A stretch of DNA of 63,340 bases, the filler included, from Salisapilia sapeloensis CBS 127946 (lineage: Eukaryota; Protista; Oomycota), in the NCBI GenBank assembly GCA_023334545.1. It is 18 parts of 18 records of this genome, joined end to end, with 100 filler letters (N's around TTAATTAATTAA, not from the genome) between each part and the next. Parts side by side here need not be neighbours in the genome. Positions count along the whole stretch, not along the records: positions 52,903 to 58,231 come from JAADVB010000623.1; positions 58,332 to 61,374 come from JAADVB010000794.1; positions 61,475 to 63,340 come from JAADVB010001022.1; 15 more parts are not named here. One strand, 5' to 3'. Of the stretch, positions 52,904 through 63,340 are shown piece by piece. A program made the position numbers and the translations under genes. Positions within the stretch are counted from its first letter, which is position 1. Every line of letters begins with the position of its first letter. The notes under the pieces are model-generated. The model searched no databases and was not told the origin of the DNA. It saw only the letters and a list, made by a program, of their open reading frames with translations.

Positions 52904-55900
52904 TTCTGCGTTGACGAGATTCCTGTTCTCGGATGCTATGTCGGTAAGAACGGATGCCGACCAGACCCCGAGAAGGTGAAGTCGATTTGCGACTGGCCAG
53001 TGCCCAAGACACCCAAGCAGCTGCGACAATGGATGGGTCTTGCAAACTATTTGCATAAGTACGCAAAAGACTATGCCGGGCTCGTGCAGCCGTTGTCACG
53101 GCTGCTGAAGAAGGATGTCGAATGGCAATGGGGTGCTCAAGAGCAGGAGGCCTTCGAAGCGATTAAAATGCGACTGATGGAAGCGCCAGTGTTGAAACTT
53201 CCGGACTATGAACGTCCATTCCACGTTGTATGCGATGTGAGCAATTTTGCGATCGGATGCGCGCTCATGCAAGTAGATGATGATGGGCATGGGCGCGTAG
53301 TTAGCTACCAATCGCGGCAACTCAAATCGGCCGAGTTACGATATTCGGTACATGACAAGGAACTTCTCGCGATGAAGTATGCACTGACGAAGTTCCGCGT
53401 TTATCTCCTGGGAGAAGAACACTTCGTGATCTATACGGACAACGCATCGTTGCGTACGGCTACAGAATCGCCACATCTCAGCAACCGTATGGCACGGTGG
53501 CTCTCGTTCTTCTCACAGTTGAACTTCGTCGTCTTTTACAAGCCTGGGAAGATGAATGTTGTCGCCGATGCATTGAGTCGGTGTCCAGACTATCATCCGA
53601 ACGAAGACGAAGCATACAAAAACACTCCGTGTCCGAAGTGTAAGGTCGAGGAAATTTGGGTAACCGAAGTGACCCCGCGTCTGTCAATAACAGACGCCAT
53701 CAGGGCAGCATACGTAAACGATGCTTTTTGTTGCGAGCTCATCGAATATCTGTGTACACTCGATACTAGCGTCGAAAAGAAGCTGTTGGCGCGTACACGC
53801 GCTTGTCTGCATAGCTACTCACTCCAACGCGACCTCCTGTATTATGCGATTGATTACATACAGACCCCATGCGTCATCATTCCGAAGGACGCTGATTTAC
53901 ACGCACGCATATTGCATGAGTAACATGATACGCCCAGTGGTGTACATCCTGGGCGCGAGAAGACGTTTATGCCCTGGCATGCGACTATTACTGGCCCCAT
54001 ACGTAAAAATGTGTTCGTAAGTGGGTACGCTCCTGCGAGACATGGCAGAGGGTCAAGCCCGCACCCGCTCCCCAGGCAACGTTGCTGTCGCTCCCAGTAC
54101 CAAGTGACGCGAATACGTCAGTCAGCATGGGCTTCGTTTTCGGTTTGCCACCGGATAAATTCAGTCGTAGAGGCGTTCTTGTCTTCGTCGACCGCCTCAA
54201 CAAGGTGGTACACCTTGCCCCTGTAAAGCGAACGGTTTCAGCGGAGGAGTCTGCAGCGATCTTCCTGGACAATGTGCTCCGGCTACATGGCATGCCGAAA
54301 AGTATCGCTTCATATCGTGACCTGCGATTCACCGCGCCATCATGGTGCCGGATTTTCCGGCGCATCAGCACGAAACTTGACATGTCGACGTCAGCATACC
54401 CCGAGACCAACGGGCAAACCGAACGCGTAAACCGCACGTTAGGCGACATCTTACGTAGCTACGCGGCAAGCTACACGTCATCGAGTGATTTTCTAATCAT
54501 GGCTGAGTTTAATCTCAATAACGCTGTACACTCTTCAACGGGCATCCCTTTTTTACGGTTATTACGTCCGGCATCTACGAATGCCTGCGGCGCTCGGCAT
54601 GTCACCGAGCGCACCCATTGTTTCGTCTGTAGGGGAAGAGGCATCGAATGCTTCGACGTTGTGGTCGAGTCAACAGAATAATCAACTTGCGGCGCCGGTA
54701 ACAAGACCGACGAGAGCACCGGAGTTATCGGTTGACGATATTGACTCGACAAGAGAGCACGAGCTGACGCTAGCACATGGGACGTATGAGAATAATGGAG
54801 ACAACTCGCAGGAGAGGCCTGTTCGAGAAACACTCGCTCCCACTTGGTCGATAGCACATACTACCGATGATGGTGCTGTGCCATATTAGAGATTGTTTCG
54901 GGATGCTGTACTTGAGGCATCAAAGTATGTGGTGCCAAGTCGACGAAATTCGAATGACATGTTGATCACAAACAACTAACGTCAAACAGACAATGAGGCA
55001 GAGTAGGTCATTGCGAGCCACGGGGCAGAGTCCGTCGAAGAAGAAACAGAGTCGTCAAAGCTGGAGCTAGCCGGCAACACCGTGTTGGAACAACGGCAAC
55101 CTATGCTACGGGATGCAGCTGCAGGTGCTGTGGATAGGTTAAAAAAAGCAATCGAATCTGAGTGGCTGACAGAATCACGAGATCCTCCATCCCGGAGACA
55201 CGGCATTCTTGTCCACGTCCTACCTTTCGTCGAACGTTGTAGGCCAAGCGGAACCTAAGGTGCCTGTACGATTCATCGGACCGTTCAAAGTGAAAGCACG
55301 ACAGGGATCGGCATATACTTTAAAGTTACCTAAAGGGATACGACTACGCCCAACCTTCTATGTCGGGCGTTTGCAGCGCTAACATCCGTCCATGAATCCT
55401 AATTCTTTGATGGGGGATTCTTCGAAGCATCGCTACGGACGCCAAAGCCCTGACGTTGCAGTTGAGCACGCAGGTTCTGAAGGTTCTAATTTGTCGTTAG
55501 AATTATATTTCAGATCTGCAACCAGTCCTGCCGGTCCTGAGCTCGACCCTCCTGTAGCTCCTCCATGGCATACATCAACGTCACCACGTCATCCGCATTC
55601 TGCAGCGGACATTCACCAATCTCACGGAAGAAGCGAGGCACCGGTCTAGTCACTACCGGGGAGTCATTCACAGCCAGCGGAATTTCTGGCTGATCGGGCT
55701 GGTATCGCTCTTTGCCACGACGCGACTGGTTCATGGTAGGGGCGTTTGCGACGGAGGAACGGACAGACGAAGGTGTCGACGGCGCCGGTGGATCCATCGG
55801 CACGGAAGTCACTGGCTGCGAACTCGCTGGTGAGGGCACCGACGCAGGCGATGGGCTCGGCGGCTGATTCGACGTCGCGTGATCACGCGGTGAGGCGGCC

Positions 55901-56689
55901 GCGTACTCGTGGATCGAAGTAGGAAGATCGCGTGGTGGTGTCTCTCGCCGCCTATCATAGAGCAAACGGCGCTAACGATAATCCCCGCATGGGTGATAGC
56001 GATGACTCCGACGATCAGGAGAGCTCCTTCCCGAAGAATAGTCGCATTCCCAGTATATATTGTAAGCATCACTACGAATGGGAGGGTCCTCCCGCCCTAC
56101 TCGACGCCGCGGGTCATACTCAGTGGGTTGTGGGTCGCATCGTGGACCACTGTGATATTCCCCCGGATAACCGGTTGTAACGGGCGCTCCGTCCGTTACT
56201 GTAGTTAGCAACTTTGTGTTTCTGTTGTTCTTTTGTTTTGGCACTTGTTTGGTACAGATGTTTAGATGACCTACTGCCTTGTCTGATATAAGATATACGT
56301 AGTACTTGTAGTCAGAAAGGATGTGTAAGTAGGGGGATCTAAAGAAACAAATAAAATCACTTCTAGTTATAAATCGTTTTCCCCAAGCACGTGTAAGCAC
56401 AGCACGGGAAGCAAGAATCCCATGACACCGGTCGAGCGGCGGGAGTCGTACGACTCGCCGCGATTGTCAGTATGGTTCTCGTGCCAGTCGTGTTGGCGCT
56501 TCGCATAATCGGGATCCCAACGCTCAGAGCTCCCGGTTTTACCAAGTCCGCTGGCTTGTCTACTCGGCAAATTTCGATACGTGGGAGCCTCAGGAGCAGT
56601 TGATAGACGACGTTCTTGACGTCGTGGCTGGATGAGAGTCGCTTCTCGACGCGTCTGGAGAACCGGACGCCAGTGCCCCCAATTGGTAA
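52904..56689 (+). pseudogene. Gypsy pol pseudogene (stops, frameshifts, solo-LTR insertion)
   Basis: Motifs as above. The chromodomain frame reconnects exactly once 56176-56432 (LTR plus one TSD) is removed. Confidence 0.9.
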
Positions 56690-57480
56690 GGTCACGACGC
56701 AACCACATGACCAGATCACTCAAGTCAGTCGATATTGGATGCCTACTCAGACTATCTTCCCAATTTAATCGTCTATCGTGTCAGTCGCATTTACGCTGGG
56801 GCACAAAAGACAATCACCAATAGCGGCCGTGAAACACGGCCGCCGTTCCTTCACACGTTCAGCATGGACTCACTCAGGAAGAGATCTCAACAAGTACCGC
56901 TCGTGGTAATGCCTACGATCGCGGATGACAGACTTGAAGTCACACTCATGTTGATATCGCTTGATAAATTTATTCCAGGAAATGTGCAGAGCATGATGTG
57001 ACTTGTCCATCGACTTTCTCTTGCTCTCACGATATCGAATAAATAAGTCATTCATTTCAGCGAGAGTGAGACTCGTCTTGGTGTCATCCAGCTCATACAA
57101 CTCGAGTGGATGCAGGCTTCCCTGAGTGTATACCATTCGTGACCGGTCCTCTCGATAACCCGTCGACGATTGGTTGTCAGTCAATGACAATTCCGTCATT
57201 TAGACTCACCCGCTACTTTTGGAGCTCCGGACGATGCGATGGAATCATTCGAAGCAAATTGCTGGGCTGCGGACGCCGCTGTGGACTCTATTGTCCCAGT
57301 GCTTTCCTGTAGGGGCTCCATAGTCTTTTCGAGCACATTCTCAACTGCTGATGACGATTCAGTCTCGTCGTTCGATACCGGTGCTTGCTCATCACTCTGA
57401 GTCTCAGCGCCCGCGGGCGCGGCCGCATCGGTGGGTTCGGCTTCGGTATTTGCCCGTGACTGAGAGCGAGTTTGTACCAT
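55510..57480 (-). pseudogene. Antisense accessory ORF of the Gypsy element (about 570 codons reconstructed)
   Basis: Starts MVQTRSQSRA at ATG 57480. The ORF-track pieces 57196-57612, 56870-57199, 56367-56723, 55972-56400 and 55510-55965 join by two frameshifts, a few stops and removal of the solo LTR (SRRSTG|YPGEY in frame). Confidence 0.65.
56176..56427 (+). mobile_element. Solo LTR (252 bp) with 5-bp TSD CCGGT
   Basis: TGTAACGGG...CCCATGACA, flanked by CCGGT at 56171-56175 and 56428-56432. Confidence 0.92.
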
Positions 57481-57723
57481 GCTGCGTGAAGAGAAGAAAG
57501 TCGTTAGAGTTGCTGTTGTTCTGCGAGAAGGAAAGCGAATTGGTGAATGATGAATTCCTATGTGAAAAGCCAATCGTGTGCGTTCCAAAGATCCGGACGC
57601 GAAGAAGATCAAGGAGAAGTCGGGCGGTACCCACTTTATCTAAGAAAATCGATCTGGTGCAGTACGGGGCGAGGGGCGACCCCGGATACGTCTTCAGATG
57701 TGCAATTTGGTGTTTGCAATCTT

Positions 57724-57735
57724 GAGAGGGGGTGG
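57724..57735 (+). promoter_or_regulatory. Polypurine tract
   Basis: GAGAGGGGGTGG lies immediately before the TGTAAC start of the LTR. Confidence 0.8.
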
Positions 57736-57974
57736 TGTAACGAGCACCGGAACCGATACTTTAGGTTGGTAAAACTTTGTTTACTTTTGATCCTTAGTTG
57801 GTACTTAATTAGATGATCTACCTGTTCTCCCATAACATGTGGGAGGTACATTTGTGATAGGGATGTGCAAGGTAGAACAGGATCTAAAATATCAATTCAC
57901 TATATTTCTGGTTTACAGTCGCTTCCCCAAGCACGTGTAAGCAAAGACGCACTGGCAAGAAAACCCCCGTGACG
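57736..57974 (+). repeat. 3' LTR of the Gypsy element (about 239 bp)
   Basis: Starts TGTAACG and ends CCCCCGTGACG. Shares TTCCCCAAGCACGTGTAAGCA (57923-57943) with the solo LTR (56379-56399). Confidence 0.8.
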
Positions 57975-58031
57975 CAGCCAAAGCTGCTGGGTCCAGTATG
58001 GTCGGTGAAAGAATTGCAAAGTGCTACCAGG

Positions 58032-58231
58032 TGTCACAGCACTCTTGTTAGCCGTGAGTGGCTTACACGTGCCATAGGGGAAGCGTGATGAAACTAGAAG
58101 TGAACTTCATTTGATACCTTTAGAACTTGTCCTACCTTCCACATCCTTCCACTAAAAGTACTTCTCATATGCTATGGAGGAACAGGCAGGTCACCTAATC
58201 ATCTGTCTCAAACAAGTACCAAACAAAAGAA
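58032..58231 (-). repeat. Third related LTR in inverted orientation, truncated at linker
   Basis: The reverse complement aligns with 56228-56427 (ACTTGTTTG..ACAGATG..TTAG.TGACCT; GCACGTGTAAGC) and ends in TGACA. Confidence 0.8.
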
Positions 58232-59421
58232 NNNNNNNNNNNNNNNNNNNNNNNNNNNNNNNNNNNNNNNNNNNNTTAATTAATTAANNNNNNNNNNNNN
58301 NNNNNNNNNNNNNNNNNNNNNNNNNNNNNNNAGCTCGACGTAGTCTATTTCAATCACTTGTGTTCACCAAATTTTGATGGGGTAGAACCCGACCATGGAC
58401 ACTTTCCAACTAGGCAAGAGATTGGTCGCATCAGAAACGCCTGCATATTTCAAGTAGTTTATAACGAATCCAGTAGCTCATCTGCAAAGGGACGAATGCA
58501 TCGCTACCTACGTCTTTCCAGGGTGCGTACATCCATGCCCCGACCAAACAATGCACAACAAGACCAATCATTCATTCAATCAGTGTTCCTACAGACCACT
58601 GCAAGCGATGTCCAAAAACGGATCGATAGCTGGGCCACATCTGGCAGTCACCCTAGGTATGACCTCGCTCGTCAACATCATCCCAGTGCGTTATTCTCTA
58701 CTACACGATTGGACCGTGAGTATCGAGACACAGACAGAGATGCCTGCTTAGCCTGTGGAGAAATATTGCTCCATGATGGTATGCTCACTATGCTGAATGT
58801 GCTTTCATGGACTACGATGTCGCAGTGGCGCTGTCTCAAGCCGATGCAAACAGTCGTCCGATATTCAATGGTATATCTCGAGCCGACATCGTACATGTAA
58901 AGCCGAATCGCTTTCGTGGGAGGTACGAGAGCCGTATTGTTGAGATAGATCTAGTGGACTTCCTGTGAACGCAGTAGAGCTTGTGGACCAGACAAACGCA
59001 AGCATTGAAACCAAGACATTGAAATAATATCAGTTTGCTTCGCGATACTGCATATCAATCTACTGTGATCAATGGTAACCTGGCGGTTAAAACATGCAAC
59101 GTCTTTGGTTGTAGACGAAAGAAGTGTTTTGTCTGAACAACACATCTACATCGACCCCGTTGTGACTCCCCATAGTTCAGTGGAAACCTGGAGCTTTCAT
59201 CATGAATATCAATGTATTTTTAACAGATCAAACCACGAAACTGCCGGATGAAACCGAGTAACCCAGCGAGTGCTACCAGCCCGATTTGGCGGCAAAAACT
59301 CGCCCATGATTGACTGACGCGAGCGGATGGTGACCAATCCATCGAGAGCGACGACCTCCGGACGGGAATGTGATCCTGCGAAAGTCGATTGCCAATCAAA
59401 TCTATAGCAAAGACACAAACC

Positions 59422-60832
59422 ATGAGCAGAGCACTGCAGGCGCTACGTTCGAGGGGCATGCTGGCGGCCACCACGAGCTCCGATGCAGGTGGAAGTCTGG
59501 ACAAATTGATGCAAAAGCGTCCTTCCGTCTACTGTGGCTTCGACCCGACTGCCAATTCGCTGCATCTTGGCAACCTCGTGCAGGGCATCGCACTGCGTCA
59601 TTTCCAGCTCGCAGGTATACGTCCTATTCTCCTAGTCGGCGGTGCAACTGGCATGATCGGCGATCCGAGTGGCAAGTCGGAGGAGCGCAACTTGCTCACG
59701 GAAGAGAATGTGGCGCAGAACATGGAAAACCTGGTAGAAGGCCTGAAGCCGGTGCTGGACTTTGACTGCCCCACGACTGGTGCCATCGTCCGCAATAACG
59801 CCGACTGGCACACCAAAATGAGCGCAGTGGACTGGATGCGAGACATTGGTCGTCATTTCCGTGTCAACACGATGCTTGCGCGTGAGAGCGTCAAGAAGCG
59901 TCTGGACAGTGACTCTGGCATCAGCTTCCTTGAGTTCTCGTACCAGCTCTTTCAGGTAGCTAAACTATTGCTTGTGGTGCTAGTTTCGAGCATCGGTACG
60001 ATATAAATATATGTGGCGTAGGCGTACGACTTTCTCCACTTGTACCAGACTGAGAACTGCGTGGGCCAGCTCGGCGGCAGTGACCAGTGGGGAAACATCA
60101 CAGCTGGGTGCGATCTCGTGCGCAAGGTAACTGGAGACGAAGTGTACGGCATCACGATGGAGCTTTTGACGACCGCCAGTGGTGAAAAGTATGGAAAGTC
60201 AGCCGGGAATGCGATCTGGCTCGACCAGTCCAAGACGTCTGCTGTACGTGCTTTTGTGCGTATTATGCACCCTGCTAAAAATTAACGCTTGTATGCACTG
60301 GTAGTTCGACTTCTATCAATACTTCCTTCGAGCCGACGACCGAGACGTGGAACAACTTTTGAAGACGTTTACGTTTTGGCCGGTAGAAGACATCCGAGAG
60401 ATCGTGGAGGAACACAAGAAAGCTCCGGAAAAGCGCTTGGGACAGAAAAAGCTGGCAGAGGATGTTACTAGTAGAGTGCACGGCATCCAAGGACTGGAGA
60501 TGGCGCTGAACACAACGGACATTTTGTTCAACAAGTCCGCCAAAGAGCTGAGCGCAGAAGAGATGCTACAGAGGGCTGGAGACGCGCCTACTACGCGCTT
60601 TAGCAAGAGCCAAGTCATCGGTGTGAGCCTTGTTGACTTGGCTGTGCAGTGTGGGGCGTGCAAAACCAAGGCTGAAGCTCGACGACTGATCCGGGGCGGA
60701 GGTGTCTACATCAACGATGAGCGCGTCGACAACGACCGAGTTCGAGTGGACGAGTCGATGCTTGTAGACGATCAACTAATGATGCTTCGTACAGGACGCC
60801 GAAGTGTCTTCCTCGTCCAGATCCAGCCATAG
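59422..60832 (+). CDS. YARS2: Mitochondrial (bacterial-type) tyrosyl-tRNA synthetase; introns 59956-60021 and 60244-60304
   Basis: YCGFDPTANSLHLGN, GGATGMIGDPSGK, FSYQLFQ|AYDF, GGSDQWGNI and KYGKSAGNA; C-terminal S4 domain (EARRLIRGGGVYIND). Confidence 0.95.
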
Positions 60833-61474
60833 CTGCATAGAACACTGGACACTCTGGTAGATAAACCGAAAGAAAACGTCAATATTCAAAGATGAAGAGA
60901 GGGTTATTCATGCTTATCATGTGACCAACTTTCACGTACTCCGAGGGCAAGCGTTCAGATACGTCCAGGCGCTGTGTAGATAGAACTAACGTGTACAGAG
61001 GCGACTTAATGAACAAATATCGACAGGGCATATACTAGAGTTGGTGAGGAAGATACGAAGGTCGTGACAAGCTACTTCTGAAGTGAACTTCTTGCTACAA
61101 TTTCAAAACCCAGAAATTTGTAATTCTCGGGTGGAATTGATCGGCTTCAAGTCTGCATAGCAAGAAACATTTGCACACCATAGACACTACTACTTGCATG
61201 TTTTTCAGTAAATTGTGTTGTAACCATGACCGCCTTTTAATTGACCAGCAGTGATCTAGCGTTGTAACAGCAACCAGCATTGGAATCGTAAATTTCAGCG
61301 TATTCAGAAAGCTCTCGCACGACATTTTTTTGTGATGCAAGCTTCTATTGCAAAACAAATAGCTTTGAGAAACGNNNNNNNNNNNNNNNNNNNNNNNNNN
61401 NNNNNNNNNNNNNNNNNNTTAATTAATTAANNNNNNNNNNNNNNNNNNNNNNNNNNNNNNNNNNNNNNNNNNNN

Positions 61475-61615
61475 CACTGCGCTTTGTGCTGTCTGTCGTC
61501 CGGCATGCAGCAGCAGCATGCGTCGTATAGTCCGAGAGCAGAGGCCGACGTCCTCTTCCTGTGTCCTTCCTGCGACCAAAAGTACCCGACGCAGAGAGCG
61601 CTAGGGCGGGTCTGA
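61475..61615 (+). repeat. 141-bp perfect inverted repeat (partner at 63200-63340) encoding a Cys-rich / C2H2-like segment
   Basis: Reverse-complement identity. Translates as HCALCCLSSGMQQQHASYSPRAEADVLFLCPSCDQKYPTQRALGRV*. Identity ends exactly at TGA, which overlaps a possible GT donor. Confidence 0.95.
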
Positions 61616-62538
61616 ATACAGGCATTGGTAGGTAGAAAGGTTAATTATAAAATCTGGAGAAGAATGCATATGGATTTTCATCAGTTGAAACTCTTGTGAG
61701 AGGAGTTAAATTAGTCCCCAGACGCAGACGCTGGGAAGAAGCTTAGGTCATGATGACGAGGTAGGTGAGGATGACGAGGATGACGGTGAGAATCAGGATA
61801 ACAATAAAGTTTCGTAGACCGCCTGCACATTGTACGTTAGCTTTACTGTTCACATTGAGCAGATAGTTCCTTTAATACCTGATTCGGAGATCATCTTCTT
61901 GGTGCTCTTCGTGACAACGTCCAGTGCTTGTGTCGCTTTGTCTGTTTCTTCGTTCAAGTCATCCAGCATCCTATAATCCAACGCATGTAAGCTGCATGTG
62001 GAGTGTACGTATGTACGTTGAATACGGACTCATTCTGGGATTCGAGTTCTGTGCTGATGGAAAGACTCATGTCTCCGAGCCTCTTGACGGTCGAGTGAAG
62101 CTCATCTAGACTCTCATCCTGTTTCTCTCTTTCAACCTGTTCTCATCGATATAAAATAAATCCTTGGCAATCGAAGGTGCACTCATTAACGTACCTGCTG
62201 CAATCGTCGCTCTTGCTCAAAATCATCGTCTTGACCATTGCCATCGCCTCCGAAGTCGTCCTATAGCACCAGCTAAGCAACTGATTCGATAAGGACCTCT
62301 GACGCAGAGTAGAAGATTACATTATCGAGCTTGGAATACTTGGAGGGCTTCCCAGAAGGAAAAGCGCGAGACATCGTAGCCGATCTGACGTTCCTGACGT
62401 CTTGAGGGTCAAAGTGTACGAACTTGTGTCCTCTTCCTTCTTTTTATTCGCTATTAATCTTAATTCTCACTTCGGATTGGACATAATAAAGCATAGTAAA
62501 GGCCAGTCCAGAGACAACAAGTCAAGACAACTACAAAC

Positions 62539-63066
62539 ATGTCGAATGCTCAGCAGGGTGGCGGAGAGGTCGATAGGGCTCTCAGTAGCATCCGTTCTCG
62601 TGCGGACCATCTACGACACACTGTGGCGAGACTCGAGCACAACTTGGCATGGTACCCTGGAACGACATGGCCAGAGCTCTTGAGTCAGTATATGGTGATT
62701 TCGAAACAGATTGAGAACATGAACACAGAAATCCCCGACTTGATGCAGCACTTCGCCTGCGTACCTCGCATGGCGACGCCAAACCCAGCTGATATACCGA
62801 TGCTACTTCGGACTAGAGAAGATCCGGAGATGGAGGAGGAGGATCGGCAGTTGCTGTCTGGGAAAGCCAGGGACGCAAACGGAGAGGCGATGCAGAAGCA
62901 GATCGCACAGCATAATGATGCGATCGAAGCGATGGAAGAAACGTTTAATGAATCTGCAGACGCCTTGCTACGGGCCATTCCAGCCAACAAGTACAACAGC
63001 AGCACCAAGCCAGAGGCAACACAGAATCAACAGTTTAAGTTCATCGAGTCCGGAACGTATCAATAG
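62539..63066 (+). CDS. MED8: Mediator subunit 8-like protein (175 aa)
   Basis: ALSSIRSRADHLRH...TWPELLSQYMVISKQI...FACVP...IPMLLRTREDPEME follows the Med8 pattern (WP.lL..f..ls.ql; vP..LRTk..Pe.E). Confidence 0.75.
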   Translation: MSNAQQGGGEVDRALSSIRSRADHLRHTVARLEHNLAWYPGTTWPELLSQYMVISKQIENMNTEIPDLMQHFACVPRMATPNPADIPMLLRTREDPEMEEEDRQLLSGKARDANGEAMQKQIAQHNDAIEAMEETFNESADALLRAIPANKYNSSTKPEATQNQQFKFIESGTYQ

Positions 63067-63199
63067 AGGCTCTAGTCATACAAATATCCATCTTTCATTC
63101 CCATCATACTCTTCACAGATACCAGCTCGACTACCACTCCTCTCAATTAAAAACCAATTTAAAAAACCACCACTCGCGTCTGCATCGCTCAATCTGCCC

Positions 63200-63340
63200 T
63201 CAGACCCGCCCTAGCGCTCTCTGCGTCGGGTACTTTTGGTCGCAGGAAGGACACAGGAAGAGGACGTCGGCCTCTGCTCTCGGACTATACGACGCATGCT
63301 GCTGCTGCATGCCGGACGACAGACAGCACAAAGCGCAGTG
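63200..63340 (-). repeat. Second copy of the 141-bp inverted repeat
   Basis: Reverse complement of 61475-61615. Confidence 0.95.

Larger units (their letters stand above)
52903..57974 (+). mobile_element. Ty3/Gypsy chromovirus, 3' half (RT end, RNaseH, integrase, GPF, chromodomain, PPT, 3' LTR)
   Basis: DPEKVKSICDWPVPK, CDVSNFAIG, YSVHDKELLA, YTDNASL, VFVDRLNKVVHL, STSAYPETNGQTERVNR, FIGPFKV..AYTLKLP and QWVVGRIVDH...YQVRW...DTWEP. Confidence 0.95.

Noticed and set aside
58022-58029. TGGTAGCA just after the inverted LTR as an initiator-Met primer-binding site
   Set aside because: Only an 8-nt match, followed at once by the neighbouring LTR with no internal region. It could be chance.
58358-58950. 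Possible MULE/SWIM transposase relic (QSVFLQT...LFS)
   Set aside because: The catalytic D..TH motif could not be aligned convincingly.
1-63340. rRNA, tRNA, CRISPR arrays, prokaryotic operons or defence systems
   Set aside because: No such structures were seen. Spliceosomal introns and oomycete promoters show that the DNA is eukaryotic, and gene order across linkers is not meaningful.

Overview
Eukaryotic sequence, very probably from a flagellate (zoospore-forming) oomycete. Evidence: oomycete Inr/FPR core promoters, short GT-AG introns (51-98 bp), RWP-RK and SHAQKY-Myb factors, oomycete-type TKL kinases, Gypsy chromoviruses and flagellum-associated genes. The window is not one locus: it is 18 short contigs joined by 17 artificial 100-bp linkers (44 N + TTAATTAATTAA + 44 N), so adjacency across linkers means nothing. 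Recognisable intact or partial genes: DUF1996 proteins, RAE1 x2, RWP-RK, zf-PARP, MYST acetyltransferase, TKL kinases (one with a C2 domain), PHYHD1, a GPI-type 11-mer repeat protein, ENO4-like pseudo-enolase, CDKL kinase, CARM1, S41 peptidase-like, GhrA-like, SfsA, SHAQKY Myb, mitochondrial TyrRS and MED8. Decayed elements: pogo, a full PIF/Harbinger element plus a MITE, a Gypsy chromovirus with a nested solo LTR, and LOTUS, SDR and P450 pseudogenes. Most notable: (1) a 1.5-kb contig that is almost entirely an intact ssDNA-virus-like (parvo-like-hybrid/CRESS) capsid gene; (2) a ~2-kb antisense ORF in the Gypsy element that overlaps the integrase chromodomain; (3) three contigs in which a unique gene sits between identical inverted gene copies, including an RWP-RK factor between two RAE1 genes; (4) a 5-kb contig that closes on itself; (5) a bacterial-type SfsA nuclease; (6) local CTAG/TAG excess in decayed DNA. 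All family assignments come from motif recognition by eye; no database searches were run. No rRNA, tRNA or CRISPR array was seen.
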